64,000 nucleotides of DNA, taken from positions 16,829 through 80,828 of the forward strand of contig JAKSUL010000003.1 of NCBI GenBank assembly GCA_024409055.1, in the 5' to 3' direction. This document shows positions 26,206 to 36,266 of this stretch, piece after piece. The DNA is from Bacilli bacterium. GTDB lineage: Bacteria; Bacillota_I; Bacilli_A; RFN20; CAG-826. Each line of letters starts with the position of its first letter. Position 1 is the stretch's first letter. The translations under genes were made by a program, and so were the position numbers. Under the pieces are notes generated by a model. It was not told the DNA's origin and made no database searches. It saw only the letters and a list, made by a program, of their open reading frames with translations.

Positions 26206-28320
26206 TTATTCGGCTTTGGTTTCTTTTTTCGCCTTGGAAGTTCTTGGCTTCTTCGGAGTGGCTGGCTTTTCAGCCTTGGCCTCCTCTTTGACTGGCTCTT
26301 CGGTCACGGCTGGAGCAGGAGTCGGTTCTTCAGTGCCTTTGCCCGGGAGCTTGCCGGTCTTGACCAAGGACTCGATTTCCTCAGCGGTGATCGTCTCTTG
26401 TTCTAAGAGAGTCTCAGCAACGAGAATGACCTGGTCTTTATGTTCTTCGAGAAGTTTTCTCGCATTGGCGTGAGCTTTCTCGATAATCTCGCGGACGGCC
26501 TTATCGATTTCGTAAGCAACCTGCGTGGAGAAGTTCTTCTGCGTGTTGGCGTAATCTCTGCCAAGGAACACGGAGCCAGTGTCGACTTCGTATTGAATCG
26601 GGCCAAGTTCAGACATACCGAACTCAGTAACCATAAGCCTGGCAAGGCGAGTGGCCTGCTGGATGTCGTTAGAAGCGCCAGAAGAAACATCATCGAAGAA
26701 AATTTCTTCGGAAGTACGTCCGCCGAGAAGTCCAGTGATACGGGCGATCAATTCATTCTTGGTGAGTAAGAAACGATCGTCTTCCGGAGTCATGAGAACA
26801 TGGCCACCGGTCTGTCCCCTTGGAATAATGGTAATCTTTTGAACCTTGTCGCTATATGGGAGGTTAAGGCCGATAACGGCATGGCCAGCCTCATGGTAAG
26901 CGACTTGCTTTCTTTCCTTGGCATTCATGCCTTTCGAAGATTTGGCAGGTCCAGCGATACGGCGATCGATGGCTTCGTCGATATCTTTGGTATCAATGGC
27001 TTCCTTGTTCTCGCGGACGGCAAGAATTGCGGCTTCATTAAGAATGTTCTCAATGTCGGCGCCCGAGAAGCCGACCGTACGTTTGGCGATAGCGCCAAAA
27101 TCAACGGCTGGATCAATCTTTTTATTACGGGCATGAACTTTGAAAATAGCTTCACGTCCCGCTTTATCTGGCAAAGAAACGGTGATGGAACGATCGAAAC
27201 GCCCAGCACGGAGAAGGGCAGGGTCAAGAACGTCGCTGCGGTTTGTAGCGGCGATTACGAGAACACCTTTATTGGCTTCGAAACCATCCATTTCGACTAG
27301 CAATTGGTTTAGGGTCTGCTCACGTTCATCGTTGCCGCCTCCTAAGCCAGCGCCACGCTGACGACCGACGGCGTCGATTTCATCGATGAAGATAAGGCAA
27401 GGGGCAGTCTGCTTGGCCTTTTTGAAGAGGTCGCGGACACGGCCAGCGCCAACACCGACAAACATTTCGACGAAGTCAGAACCGGAAATGCTATAGAACG
27501 GAACGTTTGCTTCACCAGCGACGGCCTTAGCAAGGAGAGTCTTACCAGTGCCTGGCGGGCCCATAAGGAGAACGCCCTTCGGCAATTTGGCTCCGAATTT
27601 GGAATATTTCTTCGGATCTTTGAGGTATTCGACTAGCTCAACCATCTCGGCTTTTTCCTCGTCGCATCCAGCAACGTCGCTAAAGCGAACTTTGGAATTA
27701 TCTTCTCTTCTAGCCGGAGACTTATTGAAATCCATGGCTTGTCTATTGGCACCGTTAACGGATCCATTAAGACGAGCGAAGAGGAATATGCAGAAGAGAA
27801 CAGTCACACCGACGGTAATGACGGTTGGTCCCCAAGCGTCCCACCAAGAAGTTTCGAAGGCGTCGTTAACAATATATTTAGCGTCCTCTCTATCGGAGAA
27901 GCCGGCGTTGTTCTTATAAGCATCGACGGCCGAGATGAATAGATCGCTATAAGCGCTGTGGGTTTTGGATGTTCCATCGGCGGCAGTCACGGTGAACTGC
28001 TCGTTCCAACGGTCTTCTTCCATCTTCACGGTATAGGAATATTCGTTTCCTTGGGAGGTCCTATAAACACCATTAACGGTGACGGCTTTGTATCCTTGGG
28101 AAACGTTGGCTGTTTTGATGTAGTACTCAGGGCTAACCGTCTGCCCGGTCGAAACGTCATATCCGAGATACCCGTCGAGCTTGTCGACAGACCAAGTCGT
28201 AGCTCCGCCCATGAAATTGTTGAGAACGAAAGCGATAATGCCTCCAATCATGAGTGCCATGAGCAAGTATGGAAGGATGAAGCGGAATACACTTCTTTTC
28301 GGTTGCTGTCCGTCGTTCAT
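26206..28320 (-). CDS. ftsH: ATP-dependent zinc metalloprotease FtsH
   Basis: Two N-terminal TM segments, AAA motif [18 protein letters not shown], zinc site HEAGHA, and a Lys/Glu/Pro-rich C-terminal tail. RBS AAGGAG lies upstream. Confidence 0.95.
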   Translation of the reverse strand: MNDGQQPKRSVFRFILPYLLMALMIGGIIAFVLNNFMGGATTWSVDKLDGYLGYDVSTGQTVSPEYYIKTANVSQGYKAVTVNGVYRTSQGNEYSYTVKMEEDRWNEQFTVTAADGTSKTHSAYSDLFISAVDAYKNNAGFSDREDAKYIVNDAFETSWWDAWGPTVITVGVTVLFCIFLFARLNGSVNGANRQAMDFNKSPARREDNSKVRFSDVAGCDEEKAEMVELVEYLKDPKKYSKFGAKLPKGVLLMGPPGTGKTLLAKAVAGEANVPFYSISGSDFVEMFVGVGAGRVRDLFKKAKQTAPCLIFIDEIDAVGRQRGAGLGGGNDEREQTLNQLLVEMDGFEANKGVLVIAATNRSDVLDPALLRAGRFDRSITVSLPDKAGREAIFKVHARNKKIDPAVDFGAIAKRTVGFSGADIENILNEAAILAVRENKEAIDTKDIDEAIDRRIAGPAKSSKGMNAKERKQVAYHEAGHAVIGLNLPYSDKVQKITIIPRGQTGGHVLMTPEDDRFLLTKNELIARITGLLGGRTSEEIFFDDVSSGASNDIQQATRLARLMVTEFGMSELGPIQYEVDTGSVFLGRDYANTQKNFSTQVAYEIDKAVREIIEKAHANARKLLEEHKDQVILVAETLLEQETITAEEIESLVKTGKLPGKGTEEPTPAPAVTEEPVKEEAKAEKPATPKKPRTSKAKKETKAE

Positions 28321-28379
28321 ATTTTTTCTCCTTTTTTACGATATTTAATCTCTGATTACCTAACTGGGTTAGCGTTCGT

Positions 28380-28407
28380 AATATACCCTATTGAGTTTAT
28401 TTATCAA
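28380..28407 (-). promoter_or_regulatory. Candidate sigma-A promoter for ftsH
   Basis: On the minus strand: -35 TTGATA (28407..28402), a 16-nt spacer, and -10 TATATT (28385..28380). Confidence 0.4.
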
Positions 28408-28442
28408 TAAAAACGCACCATTCAATCTTAGTTTTTCTCTTT

Positions 28443-28697
28443 TCAAGAAACGACGTCGCTTAGTATTTCGTACATACCTGACGATTGTTCCTTGTTTGCA
28501 AAAGGCCTGACATCAAGAATTTTTGCCGTGATGGTGTGCCTTCCCATCTCAATAACGACTATGTCGTTTTCGTTGATTTCGGTCATCGGTTTAGCGATTT
28601 TGCCGTTTATTTTTACGTTGCCATGATCGCAAAGTTCTTTGGCAACTTCACGCCTCTTAATGAGGCGAGACACTTTCAAGAATTTATCCATTCTCAT
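28443..28697 (-). CDS. rqcP: S4-domain RNA-binding protein, YabO/RqcP-like
   Basis: MRMDKFLKVSRLIKRREVAKELCDHGNVKINGKIAKP closely resembles B. subtilis YabO as I recall it. It lies downstream of pth-mfd as in Bacillus. Confidence 0.7.
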   Translation of the reverse strand: MRMDKFLKVSRLIKRREVAKELCDHGNVKINGKIAKPMTEINENDIVVIEMGRHTITAKILDVRPFANKEQSSGMYEILSDVVS

Positions 28698-28719
28698 AAT
28701 GACTATCCTATCACAAACG

Positions 28720-31700
28720 CTATTGTGTTTGTGTCGCGCGTAAATAAAGCTTGTGGATTATGATGAGGATCTCCTCCAAATCCTTTAGCCAGAAATCACG
28801 TTTAGTGACCCTAATGTCTAACTTCTTTTGAATGAAAGTTACCTTTACGATTTTTAGATAAGGGATAAGGGAACTGAACAAGGCTGCACCGATTCCGTTT
28901 ATCTTAGAGAAGTTATCGGACAAGCGAATATCGACTCCGCCGGGGATTTCCTCTATGCCAGAGAATTCCTCTCCTTCCGCGAGGAGGTCGATGTTCTTTT
29001 TTTGAATCAAGGCTTTAGTTGTATCTGGAATTTTTCCATAGATGTCCTTCATCTTTTTGGAGTATTCCTTCAAACCCTCAAGATTTCTAACTGCATCCAA
29101 ATCCTGGTATAAAGCAATCTTGTCAGGGCTAGACGCATAATCGCTTGGGATGTAAGCGTCGATCTTAAACATCTTCTTGGGAACGGGCGGTTTCACTACT
29201 TCGCCTTTTTGCTTGGCGTCAACCGCCTCATTGAGCATCTTCAAATACAAATCTAAGCCTATCGAATCTATGAAGCCCGCTTGCTCAGGGCCCAAAATGT
29301 CGCCAGCGCCGCGGATCATCAAATCGCGTTGGGCGATCTTATATCCGGAGCCGAGCTCGGTGAATTCCTGAATGGCGGCAAGTCTTTTTTGGGCATCTTC
29401 ATTCAAGGACTTCCTTGGACGGTACATCAAATACGCATAAGCGATTCTCGATCCACGTCCCACGCGTCCTTTAATTTGGTAAAGCTGAGATAGGCCAAAT
29501 TTATCGGCGTCCTCAACAAGCAGCATATTGGCATTAGGGACGTCGATTCCGTTTTCGATAATGGAAGTAGCCACCAAAACATTCAGCTCCCCATCGTAGA
29601 ATTTCTCCATGACATCCTCGACTTCGTCTTTATCCATTCTGCCGTGGATAACTCCGATTTTGGCGTGGGGGCACATCGAAGCGATGGTGGAGGCGCGGTT
29701 ATATATGGATTCAATGGAATTATGGACATAGAAAACTTGGCCATTCCTGTTGAGTTCACGAGAAACAAGCTCGGCAACGACATCGTCCTCGTAAGGGATG
29801 ACGTAAGTTTGAATGGGCATTCTCATTTCCGGAGCTGTATTTATTTGAGAAAGAGGCCTGATGCCTACTAGCGACATTTGAAGCGTCCTTGGTATTGGGG
29901 TGGCCGAAAGAGTGAGGACGTCTACGTTCTTTTTGAATTCTTTTATTCTTTCTTTCTGCTCAACGCCGAACCTCTGCTCCTCGTCGATTATCAATAACCC
30001 TAGATCCTTAAACTGAAAGTCTTTGGAGAGGAGGCGATGGGTACCGATGACCAAATGAATCTTTCCCTCTTTGATTAGTTCTATGTTCTCCTTCTGTTCT
30101 TTGGGCGGCACCAATCTAGAAAAGGAGGCTATCTTGATTCCGAAAGAGGAAAACCTTTCTCTAGCGAGTTCGTAATGTTGTCTAGCCAAAAGGGTGGTCG
30201 GGCAAAGAATCGCGACTTGTTTGCCAGAGTTAATGGCTTTAAAGGCGCACCTAAAAGCGACTTCCGTTTTGCCGAATCCGACATCGCCGCACAAAAGACG
30301 GTCCATGATTTCAGGTTTCTCCATATCCGCTTTGATTTCGGCAAGAGAGGTAGCCTGATCTGGCGTTAGCGGGAAGGGAAACTCGTTTTCGAATTGAGCT
30401 TGGAACTCATCGTCTAATGGGAAAGCATAGCCCGCCAATTTGGTTCTATCTCCGTATAAAGCGATGAGCCTATCGGCGAGTTCGTTGACCCTTTCTTTGA
30501 TTCGGGCTTTCTTTTTCTCCCATTCTCCCGATGAAAGATGGGAAATCTTTGGGACGCTTCCTTCTTTCCCGGCATATTTCCTAACCAATCTAAATTGTTC
30601 CAAAGGAACATAGAGGAATTCGTTGTTCGCATAAGCGATGTAAAGGTAATCCCTATGAACACCTTTTTGCTCAACTTCTTTAATTCCTAAAAATTGGCCG
30701 ATGCCATGGAATTCGTGAACAACATAATCGCCAGGATGAAGCTCCTCATAACTCTTTAAGATGGTTGCTTCTTTGAATCTAGAAGAGAAACGAGACAACA
30801 CGCTTCTTTTCCCGAATAAATCGTTGGCGGAAATATAGGCAACATTAAAGGATGGTATCTCAAAGCCTTCATTAAGGAACGTCTTGGTGATCGCTGCTTT
30901 TTTAGATGGGACGGAAAGGCCTTTGACGTTTTCGTATTCAATGTTGTTTTCCTTCAAAAGGCTGATAACCGTCTCTCGTTGATGATCGTCAGGGAGGCAT
31001 AAAACCACTTTTCCCTTTCCGGATAAATACGTCGAAATGGTGGTGATAATGGAAGTGAGGCTGCGCCCAGTAGTGATAATGCCTCTTGCTTTGAATTGGA
31101 TATCATCGGGAGAAGAGGCGAATGAACGGGCATTTAAAGTCACATCGCTCCTTAACGCGGATGTAAGCGGCATGTACTCTTCTAGGCCAGATATAATTTG
31201 GCACTTATTCCTCAACTCATATAGATAATCACGAGCTTCTTTATAAAGCATTCCATAAGACTTATCCAATTGGTCTCTATCGGCCACGAAAATCAGCTCA
31301 GGATCAAAATATGAGGTGATCGAAAAAGCCTTATTAAGCGCGAATCCGTAGTACTTATAAAGGTAGCCGCGATAATCGTGCATCACGAAATATTCGATGT
31401 CTTGGCCCACGTTTTGCGAAAGAAGATCAGCTTGGTCCGTAGGAAGATTCGCCTTGTCGCCTTCTAACCGTTCGTTCGCTCTTTTGGCAAATTCGCATAA
31501 TTCTTCGTCGCTGAGGAAAATATCAGAAGCCGGAATAATCTTTGCGCTTCCCAAGCTTTCAATTGAGGTTTGTTCTCTTAAATTGAATATACGTATCGAT
31601 TCAATTTGATCTCCGAAAAATTCAAAACGTATTGGGTTATCGGAAGAAACAGGAAACACGTCAAGAATATCGCCACGATTGGCGAATTCGAGAGAACGGT

Positions 31701-32151
31701 CAATTTTGTTGACGGACTGGTAACCCATGGAAACCAATCTCTCTTTGAACTTTCCTAAATCTATTGAGTCTCCAACTTTGATATTGAGGGTCTCTTCGTC
31801 GAAACGTTCAGGATTAGGCAAATATCTGAGCAAAGCAGCTGGATGGGTGATCAAAATCTTCTTGCCAGGTTCCCTGAGTTTAGCCATCGCATATAGCCTT
31901 TGGGCCATGATTTCTCGCCCACTAGCCAAAGTCTCGGCGCGGAGAAGTTCATCAGCCGGGAAAAAGACCAATTGATCCTCGCTTAAAAAATTTAAAAAGA
32001 ATTCATAGGCCTTTTGGGCTGAGTACATATTCGAAGCCACGAATACCAAATTTCTGGCTTTTTCTTTATATAAAGAGGTTAAAAGTAGGGGTGCGCCATA
32101 AGTTTCGTCCACGACAAAATGCCCCGTTCTAGAAAGGAGGGGGGAGGTCAA
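28720..32151 (-). CDS. mfd: Transcription-repair coupling factor
   Basis: 1143 aa. Helicase motifs GDVGFGKTEVA and DEEQRFGV, a UvrB-homology N-terminus and a CarD-like region. Confidence 0.95.
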   Translation of the reverse strand: MTSPLLSRTGHFVVDETYGAPLLLTSLYKEKARNLVFVASNMYSAQKAYEFFLNFLSEDQLVFFPADELLRAETLASGREIMAQRLYAMAKLREPGKKILITHPAALLRYLPNPERFDEETLNIKVGDSIDLGKFKERLVSMGYQSVNKIDRSLEFANRGDILDVFPVSSDNPIRFEFFGDQIESIRIFNLREQTSIESLGSAKIIPASDIFLSDEELCEFAKRANERLEGDKANLPTDQADLLSQNVGQDIEYFVMHDYRGYLYKYYGFALNKAFSITSYFDPELIFVADRDQLDKSYGMLYKEARDYLYELRNKCQIISGLEEYMPLTSALRSDVTLNARSFASSPDDIQFKARGIITTGRSLTSIITTISTYLSGKGKVVLCLPDDHQRETVISLLKENNIEYENVKGLSVPSKKAAITKTFLNEGFEIPSFNVAYISANDLFGKRSVLSRFSSRFKEATILKSYEELHPGDYVVHEFHGIGQFLGIKEVEQKGVHRDYLYIAYANNEFLYVPLEQFRLVRKYAGKEGSVPKISHLSSGEWEKKKARIKERVNELADRLIALYGDRTKLAGYAFPLDDEFQAQFENEFPFPLTPDQATSLAEIKADMEKPEIMDRLLCGDVGFGKTEVAFRCAFKAINSGKQVAILCPTTLLARQHYELARERFSSFGIKIASFSRLVPPKEQKENIELIKEGKIHLVIGTHRLLSKDFQFKDLGLLIIDEEQRFGVEQKERIKEFKKNVDVLTLSATPIPRTLQMSLVGIRPLSQINTAPEMRMPIQTYVIPYEDDVVAELVSRELNRNGQVFYVHNSIESIYNRASTIASMCPHAKIGVIHGRMDKDEVEDVMEKFYDGELNVLVATSIIENGIDVPNANMLLVEDADKFGLSQLYQIKGRVGRGSRIAYAYLMYRPRKSLNEDAQKRLAAIQEFTELGSGYKIAQRDLMIRGAGDILGPEQAGFIDSIGLDLYLKMLNEAVDAKQKGEVVKPPVPKKMFKIDAYIPSDYASSPDKIALYQDLDAVRNLEGLKEYSKKMKDIYGKIPDTTKALIQKKNIDLLAEGEEFSGIEEIPGGVDIRLSDNFSKINGIGAALFSSLIPYLKIVKVTFIQKKLDIRVTKRDFWLKDLEEILIIIHKLYLRATQTQ

Positions 32152-32179
32152 TTTTTCTTCCGATATTTTGTCTAACAGA

Positions 32180-32755
32180 TTATCCGTGGCGCCCTCCTCC
32201 GTTATAAAGAGACATCGTTTTGTTGAAACCCATCTTTATGGCGTCTCTTATAGCTCTAGCGGCATTGGTGGTTCCCTCTTCGATTTTCTCCAAAGATTCA
32301 CCACTAGGTTTGCCCAAGACCCAATCAATGGCCCCGTGAGCGGGTTCGCCTATGCCGATGCGTATTCTTTTTATTTTGTCGGTGCCCAATAAATCGATGA
32401 TATTCTGCATTCCCTTTTGGCCGCCGCTTGAACCACCTTCACGGAGGCGGATTTGGCCTTCTTTCAAAGCCATATCGTCAAAAACGACGATCAAATCATC
32501 GGGGCTGATTTTGAAATAAGCCATGAATTGCTGGACGAATTCTCCTGAAAAATTCATGTAAGTTTCTGGTTTAGCAATTATTACGTCTTCTCCCAAAGAA
32601 GAGTTTTTGATCATTCCGTAGACGCCTTTGAACATCGAACGATCAAAAGATCCGTTCGCCATATCGGCAAACTTATCAATAGCCATGAACCCCATGTTAT
32701 GGCGGGTTCCGGCATATTCACTTCCGGGATTTCCTAAACCAACTATTAATTTCAT
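32180..32755 (-). CDS. pth: Peptidyl-tRNA hydrolase
   Basis: MKLIVGLGNPGSEYAGTRHNMGF and the length (191 aa) fit Pth. Confidence 0.95.
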   Translation of the reverse strand: MKLIVGLGNPGSEYAGTRHNMGFMAIDKFADMANGSFDRSMFKGVYGMIKNSSLGEDVIIAKPETYMNFSGEFVQQFMAYFKISPDDLIVVFDDMALKEGQIRLREGGSSGGQKGMQNIIDLLGTDKIKRIRIGIGEPAHGAIDWVLGKPSGESLEKIEEGTTNAARAIRDAIKMGFNKTMSLYNGGGRHG

Positions 32756-33303
32756 TGTTTTTCTTCCACTTGAGCCTCAAGGACGGAAAGTCCGTTAATG
32801 ACGGTAACGATGCGATCAACTTTTTCCTGATCGTAGTACACGATTGGGTTGTTTTTGATGGTGGAAAGAGCTCTTTGATCGGCCGTGGCATTTTCGTCTT
32901 TGGCTATCATCCTGAGGGAATTATCCATGACCAATCTTAAGTAGAATGGGAGCTTGGAATAATCAAAATCACCCCTCAATTGGTAATACCTAATGTGGTA
33001 CATATCGAGAACATTGGCGTCGATAATAGCCTGGCGTCCTTCTTTGGTCGGCATTGACATGCCAGAAGAGAAAACAATGACGTTTTTATCTTCCATACGA
33101 TCGTATTCAGCCAAAAAGTCATTAAGACCCTGAATAACGTTGCCCATTACCCATCCACCAAAAACGATGGTGTCGTATTCGGCATATTTCTTCGCCTTAA
33201 ATTTCTTAAGCGGGAAGACATCTCCGCCCACTCTTTTGGCGATATCTTCGGCGTACTTTTGAGCGGCGCCGGTTTTGCTCGTGTATAAGACTAGTGTTCG
33301 CAT
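32752..33303 (-). CDS. Flavodoxin-domain protein
   Basis: MRTLVLYTSKTGAAQKYAEDIAKRVGG is flavodoxin-like. The start could be 33303 or 33324. The stop overlaps the pth start by 4 nt. Confidence 0.65.
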   Translation of the reverse strand: MRTLVLYTSKTGAAQKYAEDIAKRVGGDVFPLKKFKAKKYAEYDTIVFGGWVMGNVIQGLNDFLAEYDRMEDKNVIVFSSGMSMPTKEGRQAIIDANVLDMYHIRYYQLRGDFDYSKLPFYLRLVMDNSLRMIAKDENATADQRALSTIKNNPIVYYDQEKVDRIVTVINGLSVLEAQVEEKQ

Positions 33304-33367
33304 AGCGAAAAAAGTGTAGCACATGAAGATATCTAATTCCTCACTTTCCTAGTAATATGTATCCCAT

Positions 33368-34306
33368 ATGAAAGCAAAAGATTGGTTCTTAGATTTTTCT
33401 AGAGGCGCCGCCTTAGGCACAGGAGTGTTGCCAGGGGTGTCCGTCGGCACTATCGGATTAATAGTCAGCGTGTACGACAAATTGATTAACTCCATCAACG
33501 GTTTAAGGAAAAAATTCGTTCAAAGTTTTTTGACGCTGCTTCCTATTGCCTTAGGCTGCATAATAGCCGCCGTTATCCTGTTACTAGGATATAGCCGCCT
33601 AACGGCGTGGAGGCCACAAGCCATGTTCTGGGTCGTCGCCTGTTTTGCCGGCGTTATCATAGGTGGGCTTCCAATCGTAATTAAAGAAATAGATTGGAAA
33701 TCTTTCTCTTGGAGAGATGGGCTAAATATCGGCATAGGATTTGTCATCGCCGCAGCGATTGGCGTAACTGTGGTCATCCTCTCCAGCAACGGGATTGCCA
33801 TCAACGTTGAGAACGCATTTTTGGATCCTAACGCCAATTGGTGGGTATATCCTGTTACGTTTGTCGTCGGATTTATCGCCGCAGTGGCTTGTTTGCTACC
33901 AGGCATCTCCGGTTCTATGGTTCTATTCATATTCGGCGTGTACCAGCCAGTCGTTCATTTGCTCACTGGCGAAAATTCCATACTCCATAATGACGTAAAT
34001 AGAATCTGGAGAATCCTTTTGCTCGTAATACTTTTCATCGGGGTCGTCAGCGGACTTTTCGCCACTTCGAAAGCCATGGGAAAAATGATGAAAGAGCATA
34101 GACGTGGTACTTATACAATGGTTTTAGGGTTCATTGGCGGTTCTCTCGTTTCAATGTTCATCAACCAAGATATGTGGGCTATATACCCAAGCTTAAAATG
34201 GTTCGATTTGCTCGTTGGCATTGCTCTATTAGTGATTGCCGTTATCTTAATTGGATTCTTGGTCCTTAAGAAAGCAAAAGGACCGGCCGAAAAACCGGAA
34301 AATTAA
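33368..34306 (+). CDS. DUF368-family polytopic membrane protein (the family implicated in undecaprenyl-phosphate recycling)
   Basis: GAALGTGVLPGVSVGTIGLIVSVYDKLI and LLPGISGSMVLFIFGVY are the duplicated DUF368 signature regions. About 8-9 TM segments are predicted. Confidence 0.7.
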   Translation: MKAKDWFLDFSRGAALGTGVLPGVSVGTIGLIVSVYDKLINSINGLRKKFVQSFLTLLPIALGCIIAAVILLLGYSRLTAWRPQAMFWVVACFAGVIIGGLPIVIKEIDWKSFSWRDGLNIGIGFVIAAAIGVTVVILSSNGIAINVENAFLDPNANWWVYPVTFVVGFIAAVACLLPGISGSMVLFIFGVYQPVVHLLTGENSILHNDVNRIWRILLLVILFIGVVSGLFATSKAMGKMMKEHRRGTYTMVLGFIGGSLVSMFINQDMWAIYPSLKWFDLLVGIALLVIAVILIGFLVLKKAKGPAEKPEN

Positions 34307-34334
34307 CTTTTACTGAGGCAGATATCTATAAAAA

Positions 34335-34361
34335 ACGGATAAAAAATCCGTTTTTCTTTTT
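34335..34361 (+). terminator. Intrinsic terminator after the DUF368 gene
   Basis: Stem acggat, A5 loop, stem atccgt, followed by TTTTTCTTTTT. Confidence 0.6.
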
Positions 34362-34394
34362 CGTGGGTGCATTAGCGAATATGATATTTCCCGT

Positions 34395-36266
34395 ATGGGA
34401 AAGCTGTTCAAATACTTAAAACCAATTTGGTGGAAGATTGTAATAGTCATCCTCCTTGTCGCCGTAGATGCCTATCTCGGTCTTTTGCTTCCCGCCTATA
34501 TCTCGACCATAACGACCATAATGAAAAACCCTCACGGGTACTATCTAGGCGATAATGCGGTTACGTATTTAGTTCAGATTTTTGGCATCAATCTTTTCCC
34601 AACAAGCAAAAACGCCAATACAGATACATGGATAATCGGCGGTTTCATGACGGCCGTGTCGTGTTTTGCGATGCTTTTATCCTTCTTCTCTTCGGTAATG
34701 AATAGCCACGTTGGTGCTTATTTTGGCAGAACGCTCCGCCGCGAGGTATTCAATAAAGTCACCGGTCTATCGATGTCTGGGTATTCAAAGTTTGGAACAG
34801 CCACGCTGATAACCAGAACCACAAACGATATAGAGCAGTGCCAACAGTTGGTTCAAATGGGACTTAGGGTCTTGGTTAGAAGCCCTGTTTGCCTAATCGT
34901 CGCTATAGTTATGATTCTCACGACGAAACCGGATTTGGCTCTTATTCTCATTTTCTCCTTGGCCATCATCGTCGCCACGATGATAGTTTTGTTCGTTGTC
35001 GTGATTCCGTTATTCGAAAAATTCCAAAAGTCGTTTGATAACGTGACCTCGATCATGAGGGAAAGCATCACCGGAGTCCGCGTAGTAAGAGCCTTCAATC
35101 AAGAAGAACGTGAGAAGAATAGATTCGAAGAAGCTTCTTTATATTCGACGAAACTAACCGTCAAATTCACCAGAATCATGAGTTTTGGCATGCCGATTAT
35201 TGGAATAACCTTCGATATTACCTACCTCACAACCTATTATTTCGGCTTTAAGAACGCAGCCGGGGATGGCAGCTATTTATACACGCAAATCCAAGTTGGT
35301 GATGTTATCGCTTCCGCAGAATACGCGATGATCCTGATGTTCAGCTTCATTATGTTCTCGATGCTTCTTATCACTATCCCAAGAGCCCAAACATCCGCGA
35401 AAAGGATCAATGAGGTTTTAGAAACCGTAAACGAGATCAGGGAATGCGAAAATCCAATAACGCCGGAAAGTCATGAAGGCGTAGTGGAATTCAAAAACGT
35501 TTCATTTGCCTATCCAGATAGCAAAGTCGACGCCATAAAAGGAATCAGCTTTAAAACAAAACCAGGCAGCACGACAGCAATAATCGGATCCACCGGCTCT
35601 GGAAAATCCAGCATCATCAATCTCATCCCTAGACTTCACGACGTCACTTCGGGGCAGATTTTAGTGGATGGAGTTGATATAAGGGATATGCCCAAAAAGG
35701 AACTTCGCGGAAGAATAGGATTTGTTCCTCAGCAGGCTCTTTTATTCACGGGAACAATCCGCTCGAATATGCTTTTTGGAAAACCAGACGCCACAGAAGA
35801 GGAAATCTTGAAAGCATTAGACGTCGCTCAGGCTACCCATTTCATTTCAAAGAAAGAAAAAGGCATCGAAAGTGAGGTCACTCACGGGGGAAAGAATTTC
35901 TCCGGTGGTCAAAGGCAAAGGATTTGCATTGCTATGGCCTTAGTTAAAAGACCAGAAATTTACATTTTCGACGATTCTTTCAGCGCTTTGGACTTCAGAA
36001 CAGACACCAGACTGAGGATGGCTCTAAAAGACTACACAAAAGAATCATCAGTCATTATCGTAGCCCAGCGAGTCTCCACGATATTAGACGCCGACAACAT
36101 CATCGTTTTAAGCGACGGCGAAATAGTGGGCCAAGGCAAACACGACTATCTTTTGAAGACATGCAAGGTCTACCAAGAGATCGTTTTCTCCCAACTAGAT
36201 AAAGATGAGATCGAAAAGACCATTCAAATGGCCGATAAGATTGCAACGGAAGGAGGTGACGAGTAA
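34395..36266 (+). CDS. ABC exporter half-transporter, subunit A type (degenerate catalytic site)
   Basis: Motifs GSTGSGKSS and FSGGQRQRICIAMAL. Walker B is IYIFDDSFSALD (Asp for Glu). The switch loop is IVAQRVST (Gln for His). Confidence 0.85.
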   Translation: MGKLFKYLKPIWWKIVIVILLVAVDAYLGLLLPAYISTITTIMKNPHGYYLGDNAVTYLVQIFGINLFPTSKNANTDTWIIGGFMTAVSCFAMLLSFFSSVMNSHVGAYFGRTLRREVFNKVTGLSMSGYSKFGTATLITRTTNDIEQCQQLVQMGLRVLVRSPVCLIVAIVMILTTKPDLALILIFSLAIIVATMIVLFVVVIPLFEKFQKSFDNVTSIMRESITGVRVVRAFNQEEREKNRFEEASLYSTKLTVKFTRIMSFGMPIIGITFDITYLTTYYFGFKNAAGDGSYLYTQIQVGDVIASAEYAMILMFSFIMFSMLLITIPRAQTSAKRINEVLETVNEIRECENPITPESHEGVVEFKNVSFAYPDSKVDAIKGISFKTKPGSTTAIIGSTGSGKSSIINLIPRLHDVTSGQILVDGVDIRDMPKKELRGRIGFVPQQALLFTGTIRSNMLFGKPDATEEEILKALDVAQATHFISKKEKGIESEVTHGGKNFSGGQRQRICIAMALVKRPEIYIFDDSFSALDFRTDTRLRMALKDYTKESSVIIVAQRVSTILDADNIIVLSDGEIVGQGKHDYLLKTCKVYQEIVFSQLDKDEIEKTIQMADKIATEGGDE

